Shown here one piece after another: positions 31,556 through 40,968 of a DNA stretch of 64,000 nucleotides. The position numbers and the translations under genes were made by a program. The notes below the pieces were generated by a model. The model ran no database searches, was not told the DNA's origin, and saw only the letters and a program-made list of their open reading frames with translations. Source of the DNA: Thalassobaculaceae bacterium (GTDB taxonomy: Bacteria > Pseudomonadota > Alphaproteobacteria > Thalassobaculales > Thalassobaculaceae). The stretch is from positions 3,330,616-3,394,615 of the forward strand of contig OZ245843.1 of assembly GCA_965228875.1 (NCBI GenBank), given 5' to 3'. The stretch's first letter is position 1, and each line of letters begins with the position of its first letter.

Positions 31556-32761
31556 GTGATTCGGAGAATCCATAGAGAGCGGGTCCGTCGCCGTGCGGCC
31601 GCCTCCTTATTCGCCGTCGTCGGATTGGCCTCGACGGCCATGTTGTCCGTGTCGAACGTTCACGCGCTGGAGGTCGGGGAAACGATCTCCGGCTACGCCG
31701 AGTTGCGGGGCCGTCAGGTCCCCCTGCCCGAGGGTACCTGGACCGTCGGCGGCCTCGGCCACAACACCGTCGTCTCCGGTGTCGCCGGCGCCTACGGCAC
31801 GATCGACAACGCGGTGCTCCTTCAGCTCAACGGCGACAAGGTCCGCGGCATCGTCGAGGTCAACACCAACGCGATCTCGGTGACCGAGGGCTGGGGGACG
31901 ACCGACGCCTGCCTGCGCGACGGCGTGCTGGCCAAGCTGAACCTGTACCGCACGGCGGTCGACGGGTTCTGCTATTTCGTCACCGAGACCAAGCGTCCCG
32001 CCGGTGGCGGGGAGACCGCGGCCTGGCAGGCGGCCCAGGCCTTCGCGGCGGAGGGCGGCTTCGCGATGCCGCGGGAGTGGCTGACGGTCGGGTTCCGCGT
32101 GTCGAACCGCCACGACATCCTCGATGCCCGCTACCATTTCGACGGACTGGAACTCGGCTCGCTCGCGCCGACCCGGACCGACTGGACGCCCGAGAACGTG
32201 GTCGAGGATCCGGCCAGGTACGCGGTGGTCAACGACCTCAACGCCTGGGCCGGCCTCGCCTCCGAACTGTTCGAGGTCGGACTGCGCGGCAGGCTGGCCG
32301 AGAAGCTGCACGGGTTCTCGATGCCGCAGCCGCTGGTCGTGGTCGAGGACGGAACGGTGGATCAGAGCGCCATCGGACGGGCCAGCAATGCCGCGCGGAA
32401 ACGGACACTCGAGGCGCTCGCCGCCGAGGGAGTCATCCGGGCGGAGGACCTGGCGTCCTACTTCGCCGCCGTCGACAACCTCGCCCCGCCGCCGACCCTG
32501 GAGGACTACTACCAGACGCTGATCGCGAAGACGATCTCGTACAACCTGTTCCGGGTGTCGGTGGATTACCTGCTGGCTTTCGTCGTGACCGTGAACGCCG
32601 CCGTCTCCGGCTACATCACGGCGGCGATCGTCGCGACGCATTCGGTCGCCCAGATCGCGAACGACGTGGCCTGGGACTCCTACATCGCCGGCCAGCGTCG
32701 CGACGGTTCGGAACTGGTCGAGTTCAACTACATCGCGCAACCGGCGGAGCCCGTGTCCTGA
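31556..32761 (+). CDS. Exported-domain protein with SHOCT-like helices and C-terminal DUF2061-like hairpin (paralogue A)
   Basis: Signal peptide ..VHA/LEVG, two conserved Cys, LIAKTISY...ANDVAW C-terminal TM pair. Confidence 0.7.
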   Translation: MIRRIHRERVRRRAAASLFAVVGLASTAMLSVSNVHALEVGETISGYAELRGRQVPLPEGTWTVGGLGHNTVVSGVAGAYGTIDNAVLLQLNGDKVRGIVEVNTNAISVTEGWGTTDACLRDGVLAKLNLYRTAVDGFCYFVTETKRPAGGGETAAWQAAQAFAAEGGFAMPREWLTVGFRVSNRHDILDARYHFDGLELGSLAPTRTDWTPENVVEDPARYAVVNDLNAWAGLASELFEVGLRGRLAEKLHGFSMPQPLVVVEDGTVDQSAIGRASNAARKRTLEALAAEGVIRAEDLASYFAAVDNLAPPPTLEDYYQTLIAKTISYNLFRVSVDYLLAFVVTVNAAVSGYITAAIVATHSVAQIANDVAWDSYIAGQRRDGSELVEFNYIAQPAEPVS

Positions 32762-33984
32762 TGACCCAGTACGTCACGAAGGCCCAGTCCCTCGCCCGCC
32801 ACCCGGCCCGGATCGTCTCGGCCAGGGTCGCACAGCTTCTCACGGTTCTTCTGGTGCTCGGCGCGCTGGCGGCGTCGCCGGCACGGGCGCTGAACGTCGG
32901 CGATACGGTGCAGGACGTGCTGCGCGTCGCCGGTAAGGACATCCCGCTGCCCGCCGGACCGCACACGGTGCTGAAGGTCGGTTTCGCTGAGATCACGCAG
33001 CCGGAGCTCGGCGCCCAGGTGAACCCCGCCGACTACGGGCCGATCCGGCGGATCGTCCTGGCCCGCGGTGAAGGAGGCGTTGTCGCGGACGTCGTCGAGG
33101 TCGTCGTCAACACGCTGGCCCATCCGGACGGCTGGGGCATCGCCAGCGACTGCACGCGGACCGACGTCTACGCGACCCTGACCCGCTACAAGAGCGGTTG
33201 GGACGTGTCCTGCATGTGGGTGCTGCCCGCCTCGGCGGCCAGCCTGGGCGACGAGGTCCGGTCGATCGACGAGGTGGTCGCCGGCCATGCCGTCACTGCC
33301 GGCCTGACCCTGCCCGAGCTCTTCGTGGAGGCCGGGTTCCGGGTCGCCAATCGCTACGACGCGGTCGAGGTCCGCTACCAGTTCGCCGCGATGGCCGACG
33401 GTACGCCGGTCGCCGGCCCGGCGGTGGAGGAATGGCTGCCCTCGAGCATTGCCGACGCGCCCGACCCGCTGGGCAAGGTCCAGTTGATCGCCGCCTGGGC
33501 CAGCTCGGTCTATCCGTCGGTCGAGCAGGGTCTGCGCGTGCCCCTGGCCGCCAATGCCAGCTTCGCCAGCCCGTTCGACGACATCACCTTCACCGGCAAG
33601 GCAACCGACCGGGCCGAACGCCTGGCACAGCTCGAGATCCTGCGCGAGGCCGGCACGATCAGCGCCGGCGAATACGCCCGCCAGAAGACGATCATCGCCG
33701 CCGAGGAGGAACCGGCTCAGGAGAACGCGTGGACCTACGCGACGGTGGCCGGCTACAAGGCCTTCACGTACCGTGTCGTGGTGACCACGATCAATGCCGG
33801 GATCGACTACATCTTCATCGGCCAGCCCTTCGCTGCCGGCGTGCTCGTGATCCTGCAGGTCGTCGTCAACACCACCAAGTTCTTCTTCCACGAGGTGATG
33901 TGGCAGGAACTGTTCAGCGTCGGCCCGCTGCAACGCGAAAGCCCCCGGGTGATGGACTTCGTGGTGGCCAGCGCCGAGGGCTGA
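32761..33984 (+). CDS. Exported-domain protein with SHOCT and C-terminal DUF2061-like hairpin (paralogue B)
   Basis: TGATG coupling to paralogue A, signal peptide ..ARA/LNVG, RLAQLEILREAGTISAGEY (SHOCT), KAFTYRV...FFHEVMW (DUF2061-like). Confidence 0.75.
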   Translation: MTQYVTKAQSLARHPARIVSARVAQLLTVLLVLGALAASPARALNVGDTVQDVLRVAGKDIPLPAGPHTVLKVGFAEITQPELGAQVNPADYGPIRRIVLARGEGGVVADVVEVVVNTLAHPDGWGIASDCTRTDVYATLTRYKSGWDVSCMWVLPASAASLGDEVRSIDEVVAGHAVTAGLTLPELFVEAGFRVANRYDAVEVRYQFAAMADGTPVAGPAVEEWLPSSIADAPDPLGKVQLIAAWASSVYPSVEQGLRVPLAANASFASPFDDITFTGKATDRAERLAQLEILREAGTISAGEYARQKTIIAAEEEPAQENAWTYATVAGYKAFTYRVVVTTINAGIDYIFIGQPFAAGVLVILQVVVNTTKFFFHEVMWQELFSVGPLQRESPRVMDFVVASAEG

Positions 33985-34020
33985 TCGCACCCGGCCGTTT
34001 CGAAGACCGTTTCAATGACG

Positions 34021-34049
34021 CCCCGTCGACAGCACCGGAGTTGACGGGG
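34021..34049 (+). terminator. Stem-loop after the DUF2061-like operon
   Basis: ccccgtcgac-N9-gttgacgggg stem; no clear U-tract. Confidence 0.35.
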
Positions 34050-34123
34050 TCCCGGCCCGCCGGCAGTGTCGATGCTCGTCCACTGCGGGCCTGCGCCCTC
34101 GCGAACAGCCTCCGGTAGTCTCG

Positions 34124-34930
34124 ATGTCCGAACCGTCGCCATCCTCCCGTTTTCCCGAGCCGCAGGCGATCGGACTGTCCGCGGAAAGCCGGTCGACACT
34201 GCGACGTCTGATCTGCGAGGCGATCGAGGCCCCGCCGTTCAACAACCGGATGATGTCGTCGAAGGCGTTTTCGTTCCTCATGAATTCGCCGGATCGCGCG
34301 GAACTGTTTCGTCCGCTCCGCGACATGCTGTTCGACATGTTCCGGACGACGGCGATGCACGACCGGGCGAATGCAATCACCGGTGGCGAGTACGTGCTAC
34401 TGATCGACAACTGCTCCATGCGCCGGCATCTCCCAGATACGGCCGACTCGGCGCTTGGGTTTCATTTCGACGGGATGTTTCTCGGCCGACAGGCGCCGGC
34501 GTACAATCTCTGGGTCACCCTCGACGATGTCGGCGAGACGGTTCCCGGTCTTGGCTTCCTCGACGACCCCGATGTGGAGGCACGGCTCTGGGACAGCTTC
34601 AGCGGGCTTCTGGACCGGGTCGGCGACCGCACGATCGACCCCAACCACTTGGACAGGCTGATCGACGATCGGACCCGGCGCTTCCTGTCCGAGCATATGA
34701 TCTGCCCACGGGTCGCCGCGGGAGACGGGCTGCTTTTCGACCACAAGACCCTGCACGTCACGCAGCCCATGTCCGGCTGGTCTGGAGAGCGGGTTTCAAT
34801 CGAATACCGGTTTTGCCGGCGCGGAGAAATACCCGAGCTGTATGCCTGCAAACCTCGGAATACCGCCCGTTTCGAGGGCGACGCGAACGACTATCGGGTC
34901 ATCGTCGAGACCGTCGCACCGGCCACCTGA
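34124..34930 (+). CDS. Fe(II)/2-oxoglutarate-type oxygenase (PhyH-like), paralogue 1
   Basis: HFD...H facial triad, NLWVTLDD, GDGLLFD..TLH, RVSIEYR. Confidence 0.7.
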   Translation: MSEPSPSSRFPEPQAIGLSAESRSTLRRLICEAIEAPPFNNRMMSSKAFSFLMNSPDRAELFRPLRDMLFDMFRTTAMHDRANAITGGEYVLLIDNCSMRRHLPDTADSALGFHFDGMFLGRQAPAYNLWVTLDDVGETVPGLGFLDDPDVEARLWDSFSGLLDRVGDRTIDPNHLDRLIDDRTRRFLSEHMICPRVAAGDGLLFDHKTLHVTQPMSGWSGERVSIEYRFCRRGEIPELYACKPRNTARFEGDANDYRVIVETVAPAT

Positions 34931-34974
34931 CGCGCTGGCCGGTACAAGACGGCCCGAATGCGCCGCCCGATCGC

Positions 34975-35652
34975 TCAGGACTCGCCGACCGTGAAGGCCA
35001 GGACGCGGCTGATATGGGACAGCGGTCGGCTGGCCTCGGCCGCCCAGGCATTGAACGCGTCCTGGACGGCCTTCATGTCCCGGCGCGAGGACGGTGTCTT
35101 GTCGACCACGCCCTCGCGGATCAGCGCCCTGACCACGTCGTCGGACAGCACGAAACCGTCCCTGCCCATGAACCGCAGGGTGATCGCCCCGACCCGTCCG
35201 CCGAGCCGAGAGCCGCGCTTCTTCATCATCTCCAGCAGACCGGCGAAATCATCCCCCGGCCAGTCGGCGAAACAGCGGGCGGCCGTGCCGTGCTCGCCTG
35301 CCAGGTCCTGGAGAAAGGCCGCGTTCTCCCGTACCGATCGGATCTTCGCCCCGTTGCGCACGATCCGAGTATCGGACACCAGCCGGTCGAGGTCATCGTC
35401 GCTCATCAGCGCGCAGCGGCCGACGTCGAAGCCCCAGAAGGCCGCCTCGAACCCGTCCCACTTGCTGTCGATGACCTTCCAGTTGAAGCCGGACTGGAAG
35501 ATCCGTCGGGTCATGTCGGACAGCCAGCGGTCGTCCGGAATCGCCGCCAGTTCCGCCGCCGGCTTCGGATCGGTCAGCAACGCCTCCAGTTCCGCCTCAC
35601 CGCCCTTGCGGGCGGCGGCGCTGGCATACAGGTCGGCGAAGGATGCGGGCAT
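34975..35652 (-). CDS. DNA-3-methyladenine glycosylase I family protein
   Basis: IFQSGFNWKVIDSKWDGFEAAF, IVRNGAKIRSV..NA. Confidence 0.8.
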   Translation of the reverse strand: MPASFADLYASAAARKGGEAELEALLTDPKPAAELAAIPDDRWLSDMTRRIFQSGFNWKVIDSKWDGFEAAFWGFDVGRCALMSDDDLDRLVSDTRIVRNGAKIRSVRENAAFLQDLAGEHGTAARCFADWPGDDFAGLLEMMKKRGSRLGGRVGAITLRFMGRDGFVLSDDVVRALIREGVVDKTPSSRRDMKAVQDAFNAWAAEASRPLSHISRVLAFTVGES

Positions 35653-35678
35653 CACCGGCTCTCCCCAGTCGACCTCCG

Positions 35679-36482
35679 TCAGGTCGCCGTGAACGTCGGC
35701 TTGCGCTTCTCCATGAAGGCGGTCCGGCCTTCCTTGTAGTCGTTGCTGTCGAAGCATTTGCGCACGGCGGCCTCGGGCTTGGAGAGGTCCCAATCGCCCT
35801 GCGGCTTGGCCAGTTCGATCAGCGACGCCTTCACCGCCTGCACCGACAGCGGCGCGTTGCCGGCGATCCGCTCGGCCAGCGACCACACCGTCTCGTCGAG
35901 CTCGGCCTTGGGCACCACGCGGTTGACCAGGCCCATGATCCGCGCCTCCTCGGCGTCGAACTGGCGGGCGGTGTAGAAGATCTCGGCGACGAACTGCGGG
36001 CCGACGATGTCGTAGAGACGCCGGATTCCCTCGAACACGTAACCGATGCCCAGCTTCGCGGCCGGAACGGCGAAACGGGAATCGTCCGAGCAGATCCGGA
36101 TGTCGGCATCGAGCGCGATGGCCAGCCCACCGCCGATGCAGTAGCCGTCGATCCGCGCGATCGTCGGCTTGCGCATGTTCTGGACCACATCGTGGAAATC
36201 GGCGACGGCCTGGTTGTAGACCTCAATGTGCTCGACCGAGGAGCGCTCGTTCTCGAACTTGGAGATGTCGGCGCCGGCCACGAAGGCCTTGTCGCCCGCG
36301 CCGGTCAGCACGACACAGCGGATCTCGTCGTCATCGGCGAAGGTGGCGACCGCCTCGCGGCCCTCGCGCCACATGTCGAGCGACATGGCGTTGTGCTTGG
36401 CGGGATTGTTGAACGTCACGACGCCGACGTTCCCGCGGCGTTCGACGAGAAGACGGTGCTCGGTGGCTTCTGCTGTGGCCAT
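35679..36482 (-). CDS. Enoyl-CoA hydratase/isomerase family
   Basis: KHNAM, AFVAGADI, KPTIA.IDGYCIGGG, DYKEGRTAFMEKRKP. Confidence 0.88.
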   Translation of the reverse strand: MATAEATEHRLLVERRGNVGVVTFNNPAKHNAMSLDMWREGREAVATFADDDEIRCVVLTGAGDKAFVAGADISKFENERSSVEHIEVYNQAVADFHDVVQNMRKPTIARIDGYCIGGGLAIALDADIRICSDDSRFAVPAAKLGIGYVFEGIRRLYDIVGPQFVAEIFYTARQFDAEEARIMGLVNRVVPKAELDETVWSLAERIAGNAPLSVQAVKASLIELAKPQGDWDLSKPEAAVRKCFDSNDYKEGRTAFMEKRKPTFTAT

Positions 36483-36523
36483 TGTCTCGGTGGCTCCTGC
36501 TGTACTGCGGTTCGTTTGAGGGG

Positions 36524-37720
36524 TCAGATGACGGAGCGGGCCCGCAGGTCGGCGATTTCCGCCTCGCTGTAGCCATGCTCGGCCAGGATCTCGTCGCTCT
36601 GTTCGCCCGGGTCCGGCGGATAGCGAACGATGTCGCTCGGCGTACGCGACAGCTTGACCGGCTGACCGACCAGATCGATCCGACGGCCGACATTCGGCGA
36701 GTCGACGCCGCGCTGCATTCCCAGGTGGCGGATCTGCGGATCCTGGAACACCTTGTCGATGGTATTGATCGGGCCGGCCGGCACCCCGGCTTCGTTGAAC
36801 AGGTCGACCCAGTCCTCGGACGACTTCGTGCGGGTCACCTCGTCGATGATGGCGTTCAGCGCGTGCCGGTTGGCCGAGCGCTGTTCGCCGGTCGCGTAGT
36901 CGGGATGTTCGACCAGATCCTCGCGGCCGATGGCGGTGCAGAACCGCTTCCAGATCGCCTGGCCGGCGACCGCGATGTTGATGTGGCCGTCCGTCGTGGT
37001 GAAGACGCCGGTCGGGATCGAGGTCGGATGGTCGTTGCCGGCCTGCTTCGGCACCTCGCCGTCCATGGTCCAGCGCGCCGCCTGGAAGTCGAGCATGAAG
37101 GTCATCGCCTGGAGAAGCGAGGTCTGGACCCACTGGCCCTTGCCGCTCTGGGTGCGCTCGTGCAGCGCCACCAGGATGCCGATCGAGCAGAACAGGCCGG
37201 CGGTCAGGTCGGCGACCGGAATGCCGACGCGCACCGGCCCCTGACCCGGCAGGCCGGTGATGCTCATCAGGCCGCCCATGCCCTGGGCGATCTGGTCGAA
37301 TCCCGGGCGCTTCTCGTACGGGCCGTCCTGACCGAAGCCGGAGATCGAGGCGTAGACGATGCCCGGGTTGATCGCCGACAGCGCCTCGTAGTCGATGCCG
37401 AGCCGGGTCTTCACGTCCGGGCGGAAGTTCTCGACGACGACGTCGGCGCTCTCCACGAGCTTCTTCAGGACCGCGACCCCGTCGGGATCCTTCAGGTTCA
37501 GCGACAGCGCCCGCTTATTGCGATGCAGGTTCTGGAAGTCCGAGCCGTGACGCTTTCCGCCGAGCTGATTGCCGCCCTCCAGCGCCTCGGGCAGTTCCAC
37601 CTTGATCACATCCGCGCCCCAGTCGGCCAGCTGGCGCACACAGGTGGGTCCGGAACGAACCCGGGTAAGATCGAGCACCTTGATGTGTTTCAGGGCGTCC
37701 GAGGCTGGCGTGAACGGCAT
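36524..37720 (-). CDS. Family III CoA-transferase (CaiB/BaiF)
   Basis: VLDLTRVRSGP, GADVIKVE, RNKR, ENFRP, ISGFGQDGPY, PVADLTAG. Confidence 0.9.
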   Translation of the reverse strand: MPFTPASDALKHIKVLDLTRVRSGPTCVRQLADWGADVIKVELPEALEGGNQLGGKRHGSDFQNLHRNKRALSLNLKDPDGVAVLKKLVESADVVVENFRPDVKTRLGIDYEALSAINPGIVYASISGFGQDGPYEKRPGFDQIAQGMGGLMSITGLPGQGPVRVGIPVADLTAGLFCSIGILVALHERTQSGKGQWVQTSLLQAMTFMLDFQAARWTMDGEVPKQAGNDHPTSIPTGVFTTTDGHINIAVAGQAIWKRFCTAIGREDLVEHPDYATGEQRSANRHALNAIIDEVTRTKSSEDWVDLFNEAGVPAGPINTIDKVFQDPQIRHLGMQRGVDSPNVGRRIDLVGQPVKLSRTPSDIVRYPPDPGEQSDEILAEHGYSEAEIADLRARSVI

Positions 37721-37823
37721 CTATTTTCCTCCCTCTGATCGGGGGCAATCTAGACGACGGTCACGGGCGCGCCAATCCTCGGCGTTCGCATGATGCGGCG
37801 GAGTGTCGCAGGAGGGTGCACCC

Positions 37824-37856
37824 CTCGAAACCATGGCCCACCCAACCCATATATCT
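37824..37856 (+). promoter_or_regulatory. Candidate RpoH (sigma32)-type promoter
   Basis: CTCGAAA-N15-CCCATATATCT resembles CTTGAAA...CCCCATNT / CCTATAT. Confidence 0.45.
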
Positions 37857-37859
37857 GTC

Positions 37860-37975
37860 AAGGCCAGTCATAAGCCATCGATTGGTTGGGAGTTTTCTCC
37901 CGGACTGCCTCGGAAGCGGCGTCGCACCCTCCCCTCCCCCCCGCAGATGCGGCGCCGCTTCCACTGGTCTTTTTC
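37860..37975 (+). ncRNA. Candidate trans-acting sRNA with CU-rich anti-Shine-Dalgarno loop
   Basis: Hairpin gggag-tttt-ctccc, then a 15-bp stem (37912-37926/37948-37962) with loop ccctcccctcccccccgcaga, then tcttttt. Confidence 0.6.
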
Positions 37976-38027
37976 CCGATCGTGTCCAATCCGTGATCTC
38001 GACGCCGCAGCGCGCTATAGAGAGCCG

Positions 38028-38726
38028 ATGGTCGCGCCGTCACCCGATCCCGCCCCGCTGTCCGTCGAGGACATCGCCGTCGCCCGCGGCGGCCGGCCGG
38101 TGTTCGCTGGCCTGTCCTTTCGGGTCGCAGAGGGTGGGGCGCTCAGGCTTGCCGGTCCGAACGGCGGCGGCAAGAGCACCGTTCTTCGGATCGTCGCCGG
38201 ACTGCTCCCGCCGCTCAGGGGCCGGCTGCTGTGGGCGGGTGCGCCAATCGCCGCCGACCGCGAGGCCCATGCCCGGCGGGTCGCCTATCTGGGTCATGCC
38301 GATGCGCTGAAACCCGCGCTGTCCGCACGCGAGAACGCCGAGACGGCCCTGTCCATCGCCGGACGCGGCGACGCTGCGGCACTCGACACCGCCTTCGCCC
38401 GGCTCGAGTTGGACCGGCTGGCCGACCTGCCGGCCGGCTGGCTCTCCGCCGGGCAGCGTCGCCGGGTCGCCCTGGCCCGCGTGGTCGCGTCCGGGTGCCC
38501 GCTCTGGCTGCTGGACGAGCCGACGGTCGGTCTCGACGCCTCCTCTGTCGCGGCACTCGAGAGGGCCATCGCCGACCACCGGGCCGCCGGCGGCATGGTC
38601 CTCGCCGCCACCCATATCGCCCTCGACCTCGGCGCCGACGCCGACAGCCTCGATCCCGGCGCCTTTCCCTGGCGATCGACCGACCCCTCGTTGGACGAGG
38701 CCTCCTTGGACGAGGCCCTCGTGTGA
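38028..38726 (+). CDS. ccmA: Haem ABC exporter ATP-binding protein
   Basis: GPNGGGKST, YLGHADALK, LSAGQRRR, LWLLDEP. Confidence 0.92.
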   Translation: MVAPSPDPAPLSVEDIAVARGGRPVFAGLSFRVAEGGALRLAGPNGGGKSTVLRIVAGLLPPLRGRLLWAGAPIAADREAHARRVAYLGHADALKPALSARENAETALSIAGRGDAAALDTAFARLELDRLADLPAGWLSAGQRRRVALARVVASGCPLWLLDEPTVGLDASSVAALERAIADHRAAGGMVLAATHIALDLGADADSLDPGAFPWRSTDPSLDEASLDEALV

Positions 38727-39388
38727 GCCCCTTCCTCGCCGTCATCGCCCGCGACCTGCGGCTGGCCCGGCGTCAGGGTACCGACATCGCCATGACCCTG
38801 GCCTTCTTCGTCGTGGTGGTCTCGCTGTTTCCGCTCGGCCTCGGCCCGACGCCGGACCTGTTGAGCCGGATCGCACCGGCGGTGCTGTGGGTCACCGCCC
38901 TTCTCGCGGCCATGCTGTCTTTCGACCGCCTGTTCCAGCAGGACGCCGAGGATGGCGGGCTCGATCAGTTGGCGCTCTCCGGCCTGCCCCTCGCCCTGCT
39001 GGCCCTGGCCAAGGCGTGCGCCCACTGGCTCACCACCGGGTTGCCGATGCTGGTCCTGGCGCCGGTGCTGGCGATCAGCCTGAATCTGGCGACGGAGGCT
39101 TATGGCGCGCTCGTCGCCACACTCGCGCTCGGCACGCCGGTGGTCAGCCTGTTCGGCACCGTCGGCGCCGCCCTCGTCGTCGGCGCGCGCCGGGCCGGCG
39201 TGCTCGTAGCGCTGATCGTCCTGCCGCTGCTGATCCCGGTGCTGATCTTCGCCGTATCGGCGATCGAGGCCGCAAGCGCCGGACTGCCGGTGCGCGTCCA
39301 TCTGCTGTTCCTCGGTGCGATGCTCGCCGCTGCCGTTCCGCTCGCGCCGCTGGCCGCCGGTGCCGCCTTGCGCCAGGCACTGGACTAA
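38723..39388 (+). CDS. ccmB: Haem exporter protein B
   Basis: RDLRLA, LFPLGLG, F.QDAEDG.LD, LPLLIPVLIF; GTG start overlaps the ccmA stop. Confidence 0.92.
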   Translation: MSPFLAVIARDLRLARRQGTDIAMTLAFFVVVVSLFPLGLGPTPDLLSRIAPAVLWVTALLAAMLSFDRLFQQDAEDGGLDQLALSGLPLALLALAKACAHWLTTGLPMLVLAPVLAISLNLATEAYGALVATLALGTPVVSLFGTVGAALVVGARRAGVLVALIVLPLLIPVLIFAVSAIEAASAGLPVRVHLLFLGAMLAAAVPLAPLAAGAALRQALD

Positions 39389-39452
39389 GACATTTTCGCT
39401 TCACAGCCGGCTCCGGCCCTCGCGCCCAACCGGCCCTATCTGGACACCGGCC

Positions 39453-40196
39453 ATGCACCGTTTCGCCAATCCGACCCGGTTTTTCCGCCTCGCCAACGCG
39501 GCGATGCCGGTTCTCGCGGTCGCCTGCGTCGGCCTGTTCGCCAGCGGCCTCTACTTCGCCCTGCTCGACAGTCCGGCGGACTATCAGCAGGGCGAGACCG
39601 TGCGGATCATGTACGTGCACGTGCCGGCCGCCTGGATGGCGATGGCGTGCTACGCGACGATGGCCCTGGCCGGTGCCTCGTTCCTGATCTGGAAGCACAT
39701 CCTGGCCGATCTCGCGGCCCGCGCCGCCGCGCCGATCGGGGCCTGTTTCACCCTCATCGCCCTGGTCACCGGCTCGCTCTGGGGGCAGCCGATGTGGGGC
39801 ACCTGGTGGGTATGGGACGCACGCCTGACCTCGGTGCTGATCCTGTTGTTCCTGTATCTCGGCTACATCGCCCTGGTGAACGCCTTCGACGATCCGGATC
39901 GGGGCGGTCGCGTCGGCGCGGTCCTGGCCCTGGTCGGCGCGGCGAACCTGCCGATCATCAAGTTCTCGGTCGACTGGTGGAACACCCTCCACCAGCCGGC
40001 CAGCGTGATGCGCAGGGACGGCCCGTCGATCGCGCCGGAGATGCTGCTGCCGCTGATGCTGATGGCGGGAGCCTACGGTGCCCTGTTCGGGCTGCTCATG
40101 GTGCTGCGGCTGCGCGCCCTCTATGCCGGACGCCGGCTCCGCCAGCTGCGCCTTGCCGCCGCCGCCGAAGCGCCGGGACATCACGAACCCGCGTGA
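39453..40196 (+). CDS. ccmC: Haem exporter protein C
   Basis: YVHVPAAW, WGQPMWGTWWVWDARLTS (WWD domain), WWNTLHQ. Confidence 0.95.
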   Translation: MHRFANPTRFFRLANAAMPVLAVACVGLFASGLYFALLDSPADYQQGETVRIMYVHVPAAWMAMACYATMALAGASFLIWKHILADLAARAAAPIGACFTLIALVTGSLWGQPMWGTWWVWDARLTSVLILLFLYLGYIALVNAFDDPDRGGRVGAVLALVGAANLPIIKFSVDWWNTLHQPASVMRRDGPSIAPEMLLPLMLMAGAYGALFGLLMVLRLRALYAGRRLRQLRLAAAAEAPGHHEPA

Positions 40197-40315
40197 TGCG
40201 ATTGGCCGCACCGTTTCGCCCCGCCCTCGCGCTTGGCGTCGGCGCCCGAACACCCTAGGTTTGCGGCGGAAGGGCGCGGAGGGGCCCGAGGCCTGCTGAC
40301 CGGGGAGAACCGGGC

Positions 40316-40510
40316 GTGGACTATTTCTCGATGGGTGGATATGCGGCCTTCGTGTGGCCGTCCTACGGCGTCGCCGCCACCATCCTCATCGGCCTCCTGA
40401 TCCATTCCTGGGCCGCGGCCCGCCGGCACGAGGCCGAGGTCGAGCGGCTGCGCGCCATCGGCGCCGATGTCCGCCGCCGTCGACCGGCGACCGCCGGAGA
40501 TGGGCGATGA
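40316..40510 (+). CDS. ccmD: Haem exporter protein D
   Basis: [13 protein letters not shown] with a single TM and basic tail. Confidence 0.88.
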   Translation: MDYFSMGGYAAFVWPSYGVAATILIGLLIHSWAAARRHEAEVERLRAIGADVRRRRPATAGDGR

Positions 40511-40968
40511 CCCGCAAGAACCAGCGCATCGCCCTGATCGTCGGCGGCCTCGCCTTTCTCGGAGTCGCCACCGCGCTGGTGCTGACCGCCTTCGAGGACA
40601 GCGTGGTGTTCTTCTTCAGTCCAACCGAGCTGCAGGCCAAGCCGGTCGACCCCGAGCGCCGCATCCGTGTCGGCGGCCTGGTCGAAGCCGGCTCGGTCGA
40701 GCGCGGGCCGGCCGATGCCGAGGTCCGGTTCCGGGTGACCGACGGCAGCTCCACCCTGACGATCCGCTACATCGGGATCCTGCCGGACCTGTTCCGCGAA
40801 GGGCAGGGGATCGTCGCCCAGGGCCGGCTTCGGAATGCCGTCTTCCAGGCCGAGGAGGTGCTGGCCAAGCACGACGAGACCTATATGCCGAAGGAGGTCG
40901 CGGACGCCCTGAAGAAAGAAGGCCACTGGAAGGACGGCGCGCCGGCGGCCGGTGGGGGCGGGTCGTGA
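40507..40968 (+). CDS. ccmE: Haem chaperone CcmE
   Basis: [26 protein letters not shown] haem-binding motif. Confidence 0.95.
   Translation: MTRKNQRIALIVGGLAFLGVATALVLTAFEDSVVFFFSPTELQAKPVDPERRIRVGGLVEAGSVERGPADAEVRFRVTDGSSTLTIRYIGILPDLFREGQGIVAQGRLRNAVFQAEEVLAKHDETYMPKEVADALKKEGHWKDGAPAAGGGGS

Noticed and set aside
32077..32760. 5' extension of the 635-aa ORF overlapping paralogue A (possible frameshift fusion)
   Set aside because: The extension is Arg/Gly-rich junk; paralogue B has its own ATG and signal peptide at 32761 and I saw no slippery site
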